64,000 bases of DNA from a virus. Lineage: Duplodnaviria; Caudoviricetes. Under the pieces are notes generated by a model that saw only the letters and a program-made list of their open reading frames with translations, searched no databases and was not told where the DNA came from. A program made the translations under genes and the position numbers. The stretch lies in IMG/VR virus record IMGVR_UViG_3300048803_000071, positions 1 through 64,000 of that record; one strand, written 5' to 3'. Shown here one piece after another: positions 39,336-49,498 of the stretch; position 1 is the first letter of the stretch, and each line of letters opens with the position of its first letter.

Positions 39336-41300
39336 TTAAATAATTTCACTTTCCTTCTGTAATTCTTCAAAAATTTCCGCTATCGATTTATACTTGAATT
39401 TCCGTGCATTTACAGCGAATTGAGCTTCGCTTATTGTAGATTCATCAAAACCTTCCTTGTGGGATAAAACATGATCTGCAAATGCCTGCACTTCCATTTT
39501 ATGCTCTTTTGCTTTTTTAGTCAGTAATCCCGGGTGTTTTATTTCTATTGATTTGAATAATTCATCGAATAAATTTTCACATGGATTCTCCGCCGGCTTT
39601 AAATCTGTAAATTTCCTTTTGGGAAACAAAATAAAAGATTTTTTAACCACTTCTTTTTTTTTAATAATTAATGTTTTCATTCTGTTTGTATTTAATGATT
39701 TTTCAAATTTGCTGTTTTCACCGGCTTGCTGTAAATGACTATTAAGTAAATTTTCCATCCGTGTATGTGATATCTCACCTTTAGAATATTTCCCCAGATG
39801 ATGTAGTAATTTTTGTTCCTCTTCTGTTGACGTTCTGTTATCGTGTTTTTTATAATAATTTTTATAAATCGCTTTAGGGTCAGCCATTTCTTTTATTTCC
39901 TTGAACCCTATTCCGTTTATGTTCTTTGTCCCTATTGCAAATCTTTTATCGATACTCGGATCTATCTTTTTATGCAGTTCGTCGATGTTTTGATTGAAAT
40001 TGTCCGGGTGTAATATCTCTATCTTTTCAGGCTTCACACCAAATAATCCTGTCTGCGATTCGTCAAAGGATTTATCTATGTCTAAAGTTGTAATTATATG
40101 CAGATGTTCTTTTTCTTTTTCATCTGGCTGTAAATCAAGCATCCTCAGTGTTACATTTGGATTGGAATGAAGATTATTTAATATATCCTCCGGTAAACCT
40201 TTTTTTACGTCTATCCAGTCCCATTTACTTACTTCTTCATCAGGGTCTTTGGCGCTCGAGGTCCTGTTGAACCTGTCATTTAAAAGGAATGCGTGAATCA
40301 TCAACTGCTCACCTTCCTTGTTTGTTATTCTCTCGTGACCCAAATATGTTAATTCATTCTTATCCGCTTTAATACCTGATTCTTCATGTAATTCCCGCAA
40401 AGCACATTCTACAGGGTTTTCGCCTTGCTTCCCGTGGCCCCCCGGTAATACCCATTTCCCGTTATCTTTTCTCTTTCCCATTAATATAAAACCATCATGC
40501 ATTACAGCAACACTGCTTACCATGGAATCACTGTCTTTTTCTGATATTGATTTTGAAACTCCTATATATTTTATTGATTTGAATACGGCATCTAATGGGT
40601 TTTTAACTGCTTTGTCCGCTCCCTTAAATCCATAAGCTGTGTTGTAATCGTCCCAAAGTTTCTTATGATATTTTTCTTCATTTTCAGATGGTTTTAAGAA
40701 ACCGGTGTCCCCTTTATTCTTATTTTTGAAATCAACATATCCATGTAAAGCATCTATAAAGTCTAACTTATCTTTAGGCTCTTTTATTCTGCCGTAAACT
40801 GTGTGTGGTTTATAATAACTGCTCTCTGAAACATTAAGCTGTGGAGCATATTTCTCTGTTAATGATTGAAGTGTTTTTCTGTATTTCGTCTCCGGTTGAA
40901 CACTTTTTCCCATCGGCAGCAAGCTTTTAAAGAAAGTTTTAAGCTTTGATTCTTTCTTTAAATATTCACTTGGATTATAATTCTTTGGTAATGGTCTTTC
41001 TGTTGTGGGCTTTGTCCTGATATCGTGATAAAACTTGTTTACATTATGCCACTCATCCATGAAATGACGCGGGTTATTCTGTCCTTTAACTTTTTGTACT
41101 TCGTTATATAAATCCTTGTTTTGTTTGAAATCCTCTTCAATTCCTGCTCCGTGGTATCCTGTGAAAAACTTCCAATCGTCAAACTTCGGCTTTATAGCTT
41201 CCTTCGCTAATAAGGGATATTTTTTTTCAAGTGCATATCCCGGATGCGTTTTTTCGAATATACTCGGCTGTTCATATGCTTTTATCAATAATAGTTTCAT
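39336..41300 (-). CDS. Polyvalent protein with Nudix hydrolase domain
   Basis: Intact Nudix box GHGKQGENPVECALRELHEESGI; about ten K[SA] motifs. Confidence 0.8.
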   Translation of the reverse strand: MKLLLIKAYEQPSIFEKTHPGYALEKKYPLLAKEAIKPKFDDWKFFTGYHGAGIEEDFKQNKDLYNEVQKVKGQNNPRHFMDEWHNVNKFYHDIRTKPTTERPLPKNYNPSEYLKKESKLKTFFKSLLPMGKSVQPETKYRKTLQSLTEKYAPQLNVSESSYYKPHTVYGRIKEPKDKLDFIDALHGYVDFKNKNKGDTGFLKPSENEEKYHKKLWDDYNTAYGFKGADKAVKNPLDAVFKSIKYIGVSKSISEKDSDSMVSSVAVMHDGFILMGKRKDNGKWVLPGGHGKQGENPVECALRELHEESGIKADKNELTYLGHERITNKEGEQLMIHAFLLNDRFNRTSSAKDPDEEVSKWDWIDVKKGLPEDILNNLHSNPNVTLRMLDLQPDEKEKEHLHIITTLDIDKSFDESQTGLFGVKPEKIEILHPDNFNQNIDELHKKIDPSIDKRFAIGTKNINGIGFKEIKEMADPKAIYKNYYKKHDNRTSTEEEQKLLHHLGKYSKGEISHTRMENLLNSHLQQAGENSKFEKSLNTNRMKTLIIKKKEVVKKSFILFPKRKFTDLKPAENPCENLFDELFKSIEIKHPGLLTKKAKEHKMEVQAFADHVLSHKEGFDESTISEAQFAVNARKFKYKSIAEIFEELQKESEII

Positions 41301-44300
41301 TTATACTAATAATGTTATAAAATTATTTTCAATTGGATCATAAAATGATTTTTTTACCTGGTTTTTCTTAAAGTCGTAAAAGTCTGCGTATCTTTTAAAG
41401 AAATTGTTCTTGAATTTTTTAATGTCTTTTTCTTCATCTGTTATAGTTCCTGCATATAATGAATCTCCTGCGTTCTTTAAATTGTCAACTGACTCTTGAT
41501 ACTTTTTGAATGCTTCCTTCTGCTCATCTGCCGGTAAGTCCATTATGAACTTTATTCCTTTGACAGGTGTGCTCTCTTCATATAGTTTATCCTGACCCTT
41601 TAATTCTTTTTTTCCTGAATTTTTGTCTTTGATTACTTGCTCTATATCCGGCTTTAAATCGTAATAAGGATTGTTCGTTTTTAAGTCTATTAAATCCTTA
41701 ATATGATTGTTCTTGAACTCCAGTATTTGTCGTTTTTCTTTTTCCGGTAATTTATCTATTAAATCCTCAGTCCCTTTACTGAAATATCCACCCTTGAATA
41801 TTTCATTTATTTTTTCCTTGCCTTCAGGTGTAAGTCCTTCTTTGTCGTTATAGTAATTCATCTTCTCATCATCGGATACTACTCCCATTTTATTGAGTTC
41901 GTCTATCATCTTAATCGCATTCTTCGGCTCGTTCAAGTGCCTGTTAATTGTAGTTCCTTTCGGAATCATATTAAATAATTTACTCCTGTTTTCTTCCGTT
42001 AATGAGGATTGCAGCATCTTATTTTGTGCTTCTTTCGATAAAGTTTTTGTAACATCTTTATCCATAGCAGCTGTAAGTTTTGTATAATCTTCATTGTGCT
42101 TGCCAAAATTGTAAGGCGTTCCGTCTTTATGTATTGCCATTCTTACAAGGTCCGGATTTCCTGCGCCGTCAATTTCTTTATGTAAATTATTTTTTTGTTC
42201 CTCTGATAATTTATCAAAATTTGGCATCTGAGGTAATATGGTTTCCTTAAGATATTTTTTATTATCTGCTATTTGCTCCGGTGATAATAATTTCTTACTG
42301 TTATCCCTGTTCCTGCCTGCCATTAAATCCCCTTTTTCACCTACTACTGAAGTGTTTGTCATTGCCTGCGGTGAAGTGTTTATCGCTTCTTCTTTCTTGA
42401 ATTTATCTGCTACATCTAATGTGAATTTTCTGTTTGCTTCCCCTTCCGTACCAAGATCGTGATAGTTCTTTATCTGAGTATCTTTTCCTTCTAAAGAAGT
42501 TTGTGGAAATTGTTCGTTTTTTATAAATGGTATTTTTTCCGCTTTGTCTGCTCTTTTAAAGTGTGCTTCTGTTGGATTGTGTGAATTTATTGTGTCTCCC
42601 TTTGATAAGTCTATCAGGTGCCATTCTGCGTCTGTATTATCAAAGTCCTTATTTTTCATCGATAATTTTGTCTTGCCAAGGTCTATACCTAATTTCCCGT
42701 TTATCGATCTTTCTTTAAGAGGAGATATTTTGTTGTATACATCTTTTATGTAATCCGTTACCGGTTTTTGTTCCTGTTTCTTATTTTCTTCAACTGCCTT
42801 TGTTTGTTCTTGTTTTAAGTTTTTTCTTGTTTCTGTTGCTTCTTTCAAATTCTGTTCAGCTTGCTTTTTGTCACTCTCTTCTTTTTCTCTCACTTTGATT
42901 CTATCGGCTACTTTTTCGTGCCATTTATTTTTATCATCACTTAATATTTTATCCAGTTCACCACTTCCGTTCTTTTCATAATTATGGTTTACAGGTTTAT
43001 AATCCGGTGGTTCCGTTAAACCGGTTCCTCTGTTGATTTTGTTTACATTCTCCCCGTATTTATTAACGGCGTCGTGAATATCTTTTCCTATATCGTTTTC
43101 GTGCTTATAAAGTGATTCCTCATTGTAATCTTTGTTTATATCCGGGACATTGTGTTTTTGATGGAGCTCTGCAAGCTTATCTACTAATTTTTCTTTTTCT
43201 TTCCCTAATTTTGAGACATCCGGCTGGTAATTTTGAGATTGTGAGTTTTTGAAATCATTTATGTTTACGATCTTTAATCCTTTTATTTTACCGTTAGGTG
43301 ATTTTTCTACTCCAAATTCTGTCATCGGAGCTATATGCAGCTCACCGTTTTTTAAATCAACATCTACTACTTTAAATTTCTTTCCAGCAGCTGTTTGTCT
43401 TTTGGCAAAATCTTCTTCTCCTTCACCTTCTTTTTTCTTTAATGATTTATTTGGGAATGTGAATTCAGGATTAGTTATTTTTTTCTTGATCTGATTTGTC
43501 TCAGGGTCATACTCGGATTCTATACCTACATCTCCAACTCCTAATTTATGATTGTATTTATTTTCTCCTATTTTCTCCCTGTTGTGTTCACCCGGGACCA
43601 GATTATTTAACTTATCAAGATGATTTTTCATGTCGACACTTTGTGTTTCAGGAGATTCTGTTTGTGCTAATCTCCTCTTAAGCTCATCAATTTCCATTGT
43701 AGGCTGCTCTTCACTGCTTGTTTCAATTGAAGGCTTGGAATTCCTTTTTAAGTTTTCCGATATCTTCTCGTGACCCTTTTCTCCTGTAAACTTATAATCA
43801 TCATGCTTTACTAAAAATGGTTCATCGGATTTATTTACCTGGACGATCGCTCCTTCCGGATGCTCCGCTAATACTTCTCTGTACTTTTTTGCACCCAGAT
43901 GATTGAATTCAATTACATCGCCTTTCTCAGCAACTTTATTTCTGTTATATTCATTGTGCTTGAAAGGTTTGTCATAATCTGCAGCGTCTGTATAATATAA
44001 TTTGTTGTCTCCTTGTCTTGCCGTTATATGACCCTGGGAATCTGCATAAGTAACGTCATGCTTCTTCCCGTCTTTCATAATTACATCACCTTTTTTTAAC
44101 TCGTGATGATATTTTTTTGTGCCGTTATCTAATGTTACTTTCTCCGATTTCGCAAAGTCAATTCCTTTTTGCTTTACGTTTGCTCTGTTCACTGAAAATA
44201 AATTCCCGGTCTTATCTTTCACTAACATTTTATTGTAGTCCTGTAATCCGTTTTCCGCAGGTAGTGGGTTTATATGTGAATGGACCGTATATTCTTTTCC

Positions 44301-45206
44301 CTGGTGCTCAACTTTTTCACCCGGCAGGAAAATCTTACCCTTGAGAGCAGGGTGGTCAATCGTGGGATTCCCGCTTTCATCAAGAGGTGTAGTGCTGGTT
44401 GTAAAACTATTGCCTTTCTTGTAATGATAATTGTACCTGTCTGTTTCAGATTTCGAATTATTATTTAAAGAAATATGACTAAGGATATTAGAGGAAGAAG
44501 GTGTTTCTTTTGATTTATCGAGCCTTGCTACTTTCCCTGTGTCGAGGTCCATAACTGCCGGATTCAACGGTTTATTTATAGTTTCTGTACCGGAACTCTT
44601 TAATCCTGTTACTAAATTCTTTAATTTCGAACCGAAAGATTGTTTGACTTCCGGAACTTTTTCGATTGATGGTGTCTGGGGAACTTGCTTAAACGAACTT
44701 TCAGGCTGCTCGGTAAAGCCGGTCTTTGGAATTTTACCTTTCATAGCATCTAACTCGTAATCAAATCCTTTATTTATCCGGGAAATAAAAGATTTATATA
44801 TAAACGTATGGTTTTTTCTTTCTTCTTCATTTACTGTTTCTTTTATATCTCGTGCTATTGCAAGAGATTTTAATAAAACATCTAATCTTACAGGATGTAA
44901 ATCTTTTCTGTGTAATACTTTGTTTCGAACACCACCTGTATTTACAACTGCGAAACGCTCGGAATAATCGACTAAAATCCCGGTACAATTATTTATTTCA
45001 ACAGGAATGCCCTTTTTCAACCAATTGTTTTCTAAATAGAAATATCTGTCTTTGATTTCCGTAACTTCGTATCCTCCTAATAGTATCTCTTGGTATCCGT
45101 CCTTTGGCGTTGAAAATAATTCCACACCTTTTTTAAGGTCCTCTGTGTAGTAATATTTATTTTCAGTCTCTATTATCTTCATTTTCATTAAATTTGTACC
45201 TGCCAC
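41301..45206 (-). CDS. Large polyvalent protein with SH3-like repeats and DdrB-like ParB domain
   Basis: GEKV, KGDVI SH3-like repeats; NSHNP...FPQ...Q-x-x-NY...VVG...MAGRNR...LVR pattern of ddrB-ParB. Confidence 0.6.
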   Translation of the reverse strand: MAGTNLMKMKIIETENKYYYTEDLKKGVELFSTPKDGYQEILLGGYEVTEIKDRYFYLENNWLKKGIPVEINNCTGILVDYSERFAVVNTGGVRNKVLHRKDLHPVRLDVLLKSLAIARDIKETVNEEERKNHTFIYKSFISRINKGFDYELDAMKGKIPKTGFTEQPESSFKQVPQTPSIEKVPEVKQSFGSKLKNLVTGLKSSGTETINKPLNPAVMDLDTGKVARLDKSKETPSSSNILSHISLNNNSKSETDRYNYHYKKGNSFTTSTTPLDESGNPTIDHPALKGKIFLPGEKVEHQGKEYTVHSHINPLPAENGLQDYNKMLVKDKTGNLFSVNRANVKQKGIDFAKSEKVTLDNGTKKYHHELKKGDVIMKDGKKHDVTYADSQGHITARQGDNKLYYTDAADYDKPFKHNEYNRNKVAEKGDVIEFNHLGAKKYREVLAEHPEGAIVQVNKSDEPFLVKHDDYKFTGEKGHEKISENLKRNSKPSIETSSEEQPTMEIDELKRRLAQTESPETQSVDMKNHLDKLNNLVPGEHNREKIGENKYNHKLGVGDVGIESEYDPETNQIKKKITNPEFTFPNKSLKKKEGEGEEDFAKRQTAAGKKFKVVDVDLKNGELHIAPMTEFGVEKSPNGKIKGLKIVNINDFKNSQSQNYQPDVSKLGKEKEKLVDKLAELHQKHNVPDINKDYNEESLYKHENDIGKDIHDAVNKYGENVNKINRGTGLTEPPDYKPVNHNYEKNGSGELDKILSDDKNKWHEKVADRIKVREKEESDKKQAEQNLKEATETRKNLKQEQTKAVEENKKQEQKPVTDYIKDVYNKISPLKERSINGKLGIDLGKTKLSMKNKDFDNTDAEWHLIDLSKGDTINSHNPTEAHFKRADKAEKIPFIKNEQFPQTSLEGKDTQIKNYHDLGTEGEANRKFTLDVADKFKKEEAINTSPQAMTNTSVVGEKGDLMAGRNRDNSKKLLSPEQIADNKKYLKETILPQMPNFDKLSEEQKNNLHKEIDGAGNPDLVRMAIHKDGTPYNFGKHNEDYTKLTAAMDKDVTKTLSKEAQNKMLQSSLTEENRSKLFNMIPKGTTINRHLNEPKNAIKMIDELNKMGVVSDDEKMNYYNDKEGLTPEGKEKINEIFKGGYFSKGTEDLIDKLPEKEKRQILEFKNNHIKDLIDLKTNNPYYDLKPDIEQVIKDKNSGKKELKGQDKLYEESTPVKGIKFIMDLPADEQKEAFKKYQESVDNLKNAGDSLYAGTITDEEKDIKKFKNNFFKRYADFYDFKKNQVKKSFYDPIENNFITLLV

Positions 45207-45475
45207 TGCTCCTGCAACTTCTTCCTCATCTCAAGTGCCCATAATGTCCAATTATCGTGACACCCCTGGCAGCATAATATTCCGTTCTCGATGCTTTGAA
45301 TTTTCTCATTCCCATACTTTTTCCTGTTTGGTTTTGTGTTTGCAACTAAGTGATGTATCGATAATCCATTTTTCTCTCTGCAATTAGCGCATTTTCTTCT
45401 GTAAAATATCCATATTTCTTTTCTTCTCTCTTCATCAAATGTTTCACTTTTCTTTTTTTGTTTACTTTTTTTCAC
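45188..45475 (-). CDS. Small HNH endonuclease
   Basis: CANC, IHH and ENGILCCQGCH motifs. Confidence 0.8.
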   Translation of the reverse strand: MKKSKQKKKSETFDEERRKEIWIFYRRKCANCREKNGLSIHHLVANTKPNRKKYGNEKIQSIENGILCCQGCHDNWTLWALEMRKKLQEQWQVQI

Positions 45476-45517
45476 CTTCCTTCTCCTGCTATTTCCTCAC
45501 TGCCACTGCTACTTCTT

Positions 45518-45691
45518 CTATAATCCACTAAATTTGTTTATCTTACTTCTCAAATACTTAATTCTATTTTTTAACGTTCGATATGTAAACCAACCCCTGT
45601 AATTATCGATTATATAATTTATTTCCTTTATCCTGAATTGTAACTCGATAATACTTTCAACTCTTTTTTTTATTTTTGGTCTTTTATCCAT
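45518..45691 (-). CDS. Small basic protein (57 aa)
   Basis: ATG overlaps the portal stop (TAATG); MDKRPKIKK...FSGL. Confidence 0.4.
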   Translation of the reverse strand: MDKRPKIKKRVESIIELQFRIKEINYIIDNYRGWFTYRTLKNRIKYLRSKINKFSGL

Positions 45692-47427
45692 TAATTTTTA
45701 ATTTCTTCCGGCTGCCCATATTTTTGAACTATGTTTTTATCATTATCGCTTAAGTTTCCTTGGCTCGGAGGTTGATTCTGCCCCGGGGGTTGATTCTGCC
45801 CTGCTGGTTGATTCTGTTGCTCAGCAGCTGCTTTTTGCTCTTTCTCAGCTGTTAAAGCCGCTAATTTTGATTTTAAGAATTCACCGATTATTGAAGAATC
45901 AGCGCCTTTTATATCGTAAATATTAATACCGCCTACCATTAAGACTTGCGGTTCGTCGCCATCTTCAACTATTAAATCGTTATATGATTTGGTTGTTGCA
46001 AGTTCTTGCTTTCTTACTTCAATCTTTACTCTCTGATCCTCAACTTCTATTCCACGGAATCTGCAAATTATATTCATCCCGGTCATTTCTTTTAAAACAT
46101 TCGATTGATTTATTATATCCGATATGTATCTTAAGAATGTGTTTAATCCTTTATCCTTGGATATCTGCAATATTCCGTCGGGTGCCTGGTCGAAAAGCTT
46201 CTTTCCTGTCATAGCGCTTTCGTGCGAACTCATAGATACTTCTTCAGGATTTGTACCGCTCAGCTGGCAAAGGACTGTAAATAAGAGTACCATCCATAAA
46301 TGGAATTCCATTTCTCTTGAATTCGCATTGAAAGGTATAAACTTTGCATCTCCTTTATCATTCAATCCGATGATGGGAAGCCGGAATCTGTTCTGTGCTC
46401 CTGATAAATAAGAGTATAATATCTTTTTAAACTGCTCGATAACTATTCGGTTGGTATTTCCACCTTGGAAGGCAAGCATACCTTGCGGCGTTCGATTGTT
46501 ATTGAAGTTACTGCTGTTGTAAGATATGCTGTTCATTATATTAAGGATCATCCGTATTCCCTGCTCGCAAATACTATATCCCCGGTAAGCATCTCTGAAA
46601 TCCGAAGCTATAAAGAAGTGACTCTTGATCATATACCTATCTGTAAATCCGGCAAGTCTTACATTATTTTTCTCAAGTACATATCGTATCGCATTGTCTT
46701 GGTTCCCGGCAAGTCTGTAATCTGTTGCTCTTTTATAAGCATCCGTTTGTATGTCCCATCTTGGAAATTTCGTCAAACCTTTGGGTAAAACATGATATAT
46801 TATAGACGGGTCCACTAAATGAAAACCCAATGGTTTACCGCCTTTAGTTCTTCGGATTTCCGTCGATATATCATCCATATCAAAAAAATCATTGTATGCA
46901 ACACCTAACCATTTGGAAAAATTAAATTGATTCCCGTGTTCAAAAGGAGTTACAAAAAAATTCTTTATGAATTTTCTTGAAAATTCCTTTAAATTTTGTT
47001 TTTCAAGCGATGATGCTTTATATTCCGGATCCTCAAACTCCAATATTAAACCGGCTCTTTTACCCTGTGCTAATCTGCCAAACTCTGTGAACTGCAAATC
47101 CCTTGTATTCTTGATAAGACGTGCAGCTTCTGTTTTTCCTGCATTTCTTAATATCCTGTATCCTAATGGAATTTGAAATCTTGTGTCGAGGAAAGTATAT
47201 TCACTGTCCGATTGTTCACCCGGGACAAATTCATCTGTGTATAGAATGCTCAATAAGTCCTGATTCAAAGATGCATTTAGATTGTTGCTTTCCTGCATAG
47301 TCTTATACCAGGCATTAAAGTCGCCGTCATTTTCCAGTTTATTGAGTAGTTCTTGATTGTTGTTAACAAGTTCCTCCATAAATGGCATAGGATTAACCAT
47401 AGGGGTATCTTTGGTTGGATTCTCCAT
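45691..47427 (-). CDS. Portal protein
   Basis: LVDPSII, GYSICE, N-x-x-x-F-x-N-x-x-TPQGML and REMEF-x-x-W motifs. Confidence 0.92.
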   Translation of the reverse strand: MENPTKDTPMVNPMPFMEELVNNNQELLNKLENDGDFNAWYKTMQESNNLNASLNQDLLSILYTDEFVPGEQSDSEYTFLDTRFQIPLGYRILRNAGKTEAARLIKNTRDLQFTEFGRLAQGKRAGLILEFEDPEYKASSLEKQNLKEFSRKFIKNFFVTPFEHGNQFNFSKWLGVAYNDFFDMDDISTEIRRTKGGKPLGFHLVDPSIIYHVLPKGLTKFPRWDIQTDAYKRATDYRLAGNQDNAIRYVLEKNNVRLAGFTDRYMIKSHFFIASDFRDAYRGYSICEQGIRMILNIMNSISYNSSNFNNNRTPQGMLAFQGGNTNRIVIEQFKKILYSYLSGAQNRFRLPIIGLNDKGDAKFIPFNANSREMEFHLWMVLLFTVLCQLSGTNPEEVSMSSHESAMTGKKLFDQAPDGILQISKDKGLNTFLRYISDIINQSNVLKEMTGMNIICRFRGIEVEDQRVKIEVRKQELATTKSYNDLIVEDGDEPQVLMVGGINIYDIKGADSSIIGEFLKSKLAALTAEKEQKAAAEQQNQPAGQNQPPGQNQPPSQGNLSDNDKNIVQKYGQPEEIKN

Positions 47428-47437
47428 TAATTAAGGT

Positions 47438-47755
47438 TTAGATTTTTTCAAATTCCGCATCTACGGATAACGAAAAATCAGCACTGAAAATAACAAGAAA
47501 ATGATTTTTTGGTAAAACCATATCTTTTAGAGTTAATGTTTCGTGTGATTCTATAGAATATGCGTAATAAATAGATCCTGTCTTTGCATTTGCGACACTA
47601 TCCGGAACGGTAGAATAAAATCCTATAGTCACTTCTGCTTTGGCTGCAGTAGAGTTACAAACCACAATATTGGTTAATTTCAAATCTGCGCCTTTGTTAT
47701 TGTAGCAGGTTGTTATTGCAGAACTAATCCCATGAAATAATTTTTTTACGTTCAT
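47438..47755 (-). CDS. Small beta-sandwich structural protein
   Basis: NIVVCN...ETL...VL pattern common in virion decoration proteins. Confidence 0.5.
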   Translation of the reverse strand: MNVKKLFHGISSAITTCYNNKGADLKLTNIVVCNSTAAKAEVTIGFYSTVPDSVANAKTGSIYYAYSIESHETLTLKDMVLPKNHFLVIFSADFSLSVDAEFEKI

Positions 47756-47771
47756 TTTAATTTTCCTTATT

Positions 47772-48542
47772 TTATTTGATATACCATTGAAAATTTTTGT
47801 AAATAAAAGTTTTTGATTGCCATTGAGTATTCCACTTCTCCTCAGATGCTCCGTCTATTAATAATCCGCCTTTTGCTTTTACAACTACGTATGTTGCATT
47901 TGCATCGATTTTTTTCACCGTACATTCAAACCCATTTGTTATCCCTATGTTAGCTAAATAAACAGTATCATTATTCGAGGCATCACAATTTACAAGCATT
48001 GTGTTTCTGCCCGAATATATTGTATCGCTTTTATTAGCACCTATTGAATCAATTGCAAGTATCAATGAGGCACCCCTTAATAAGAACCTTAAGCTGTCAG
48101 ATTTTGCCATATAGTTAAGAGAATCAGCATTTTTCAAGAACTTTGTACTATCTGCCTTAGCCATATAATTAAGAGAATCAGCATTTTTTAAGAATCTTAC
48201 ACTATCTGCCTTAGCCATATAATTAAGAGAATCAGCATTTTTTAAGAATCTTACACTATCTGCCTTAGCCATATAATTGAGAGAATCAGCATTTTTTAAG
48301 AATCTTACACTATCTGCCTTAGCCATATAATTGAGAGAATCAGCATTTTTTAAGAATCTTGTACTGTCTGATTTTGGCATTTTAGTATCCATATCACCCG
48401 GAGTTGATAAATCCGAATACCACTTACCATTAACATAAAAAGAATCAAGAGCAATTATTCTTTTTGCTTTATATTCTCTTACCTGCGAAAATAGAGGGAC
48501 CGAAACCAGTAACAATAAAAATAAAAATATGAACTTTTTCAT
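47772..48542 (-). CDS. Signal-peptide fibre-like protein with 18-aa repeats (paralog 1)
   Basis: LFS|Q signal peptide; C-terminal VKKID...IDG...QWQS...WY domain. Confidence 0.7.
   Translation of the reverse strand: MKKFIFLFLLLLVSVPLFSQVREYKAKRIIALDSFYVNGKWYSDLSTPGDMDTKMPKSDSTRFLKNADSLNYMAKADSVRFLKNADSLNYMAKADSVRFLKNADSLNYMAKADSVRFLKNADSLNYMAKADSTKFLKNADSLNYMAKSDSLRFLLRGASLILAIDSIGANKSDTIYSGRNTMLVNCDASNNDTVYLANIGITNGFECTVKKIDANATYVVVKAKGGLLIDGASEEKWNTQWQSKTFIYKNFQWYIK
48091..48375 (-). repeat. 54-bp tandem repeat, about 5 copies (ADSVRFLKNADSLNYMAK)
   Basis: gccatata recurs at 48106, 48160, 48214, 48268 and 48322. Confidence 0.95.
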
Positions 48543-48573
48543 TATAGATTTTTTATTTATAAGTTATTAAAAT

Positions 48574-48897
48574 TTAATTTGTAATTTCATCTTCAGTTAT
48601 CTTTCTTAATTCTTCATCTTCTGCCCTTCTTCTTCCCCACTCTTTCTCGAAAGATGCATTTAATGCTTTACCAAATTCAGCATAATCACCTTCCATTGTT
48701 CTAAATGCGACGATTAAAACATCGAATTTTGTTTGATATAATTTATTTTTAGCTATAACTCTTGCTGTAAACTTCTCATCTTTTCTTATTTTCCGTATTA
48801 AAAGAAAAGTAAACATGGAAAAAATAAAAGATATAAAACCTCCTACTGCGTATAATACAACTATACCTATGGATAATGTTGATTCAGAATCTGGCAT
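48574..48897 (-). CDS. Single-TM holin-like protein
   Basis: N-terminal TM helix followed by charged helix; near amidase. Confidence 0.45.
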   Translation of the reverse strand: MPDSESTLSIGIVVLYAVGGFISFIFSMFTFLLIRKIRKDEKFTARVIAKNKLYQTKFDVLIVAFRTMEGDYAEFGKALNASFEKEWGRRRAEDEELRKITEDEITN

Positions 48898-49498
48898 GTA
48901 ATAATCTGTTTATATGATGTCTTAAAATAATTGAAATAATTACAAAGATAGTTAAAGTATTAGGTGCTACTCCGGAAGAAATATTTTTGATATACCAAAA
49001 TAAAATAGATACATTCAAAAAATGACCTATTAAACCTATAATGGATAAAAACATTAAACTGTATATTAAAACTCTGGCTAAAACATATTTATCATCTCTG
49101 CGAAAAGCTATTAAAAAACTAACAGTTATCAAAATTAGAAATCCTAAGGTTGTCCCGAAAGAACTTGGTGTTTTACCGTCCCATACTACAGTCGCTTCTG
49201 AATTATCTATTATTGAAACTATCCGTAAAAAATAAGAACTAACTATTAAGAATAATACCATAGTATTCAATCCTGTCACTATTGCTAACTTCCAAGTAGG
49301 TAATTCAATATTATCATCTATGATTAATATCCAGGTTATCCCGAATAAAATCAAAGATACAGAAGTATTAAATTTCATTGAAACTTCTGTTATATGAAAT
49401 GTCGTATAAAAATCATAACCCAATAACCAAGAAACTGTTACTATTAAACCAAAAATAATAAGTAACATTCCTATTCCATATTTTATAAATTTAATCAT
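48884..49498 (-). CDS. Polytopic membrane protein resembling sensor-kinase membrane input domains
   Basis: ~6 TM helices; repeated MKFNT and VAPNT motifs; no output domain. Confidence 0.55.
   Translation of the reverse strand: MIKFIKYGIGMLLIIFGLIVTVSWLLGYDFYTTFHITEVSMKFNTSVSLILFGITWILIIDDNIELPTWKLAIVTGLNTMVLFLIVSSYFLRIVSIIDNSEATVVWDGKTPSSFGTTLGFLILITVSFLIAFRRDDKYVLARVLIYSLMFLSIIGLIGHFLNVSILFWYIKNISSGVAPNTLTIFVIISIILRHHINRLLHARF

Noticed and set aside
48091-48375. Possible CRISPR array
   Set aside because: Contiguous in-frame 54-bp units with no unique spacers; a coding tandem repeat.
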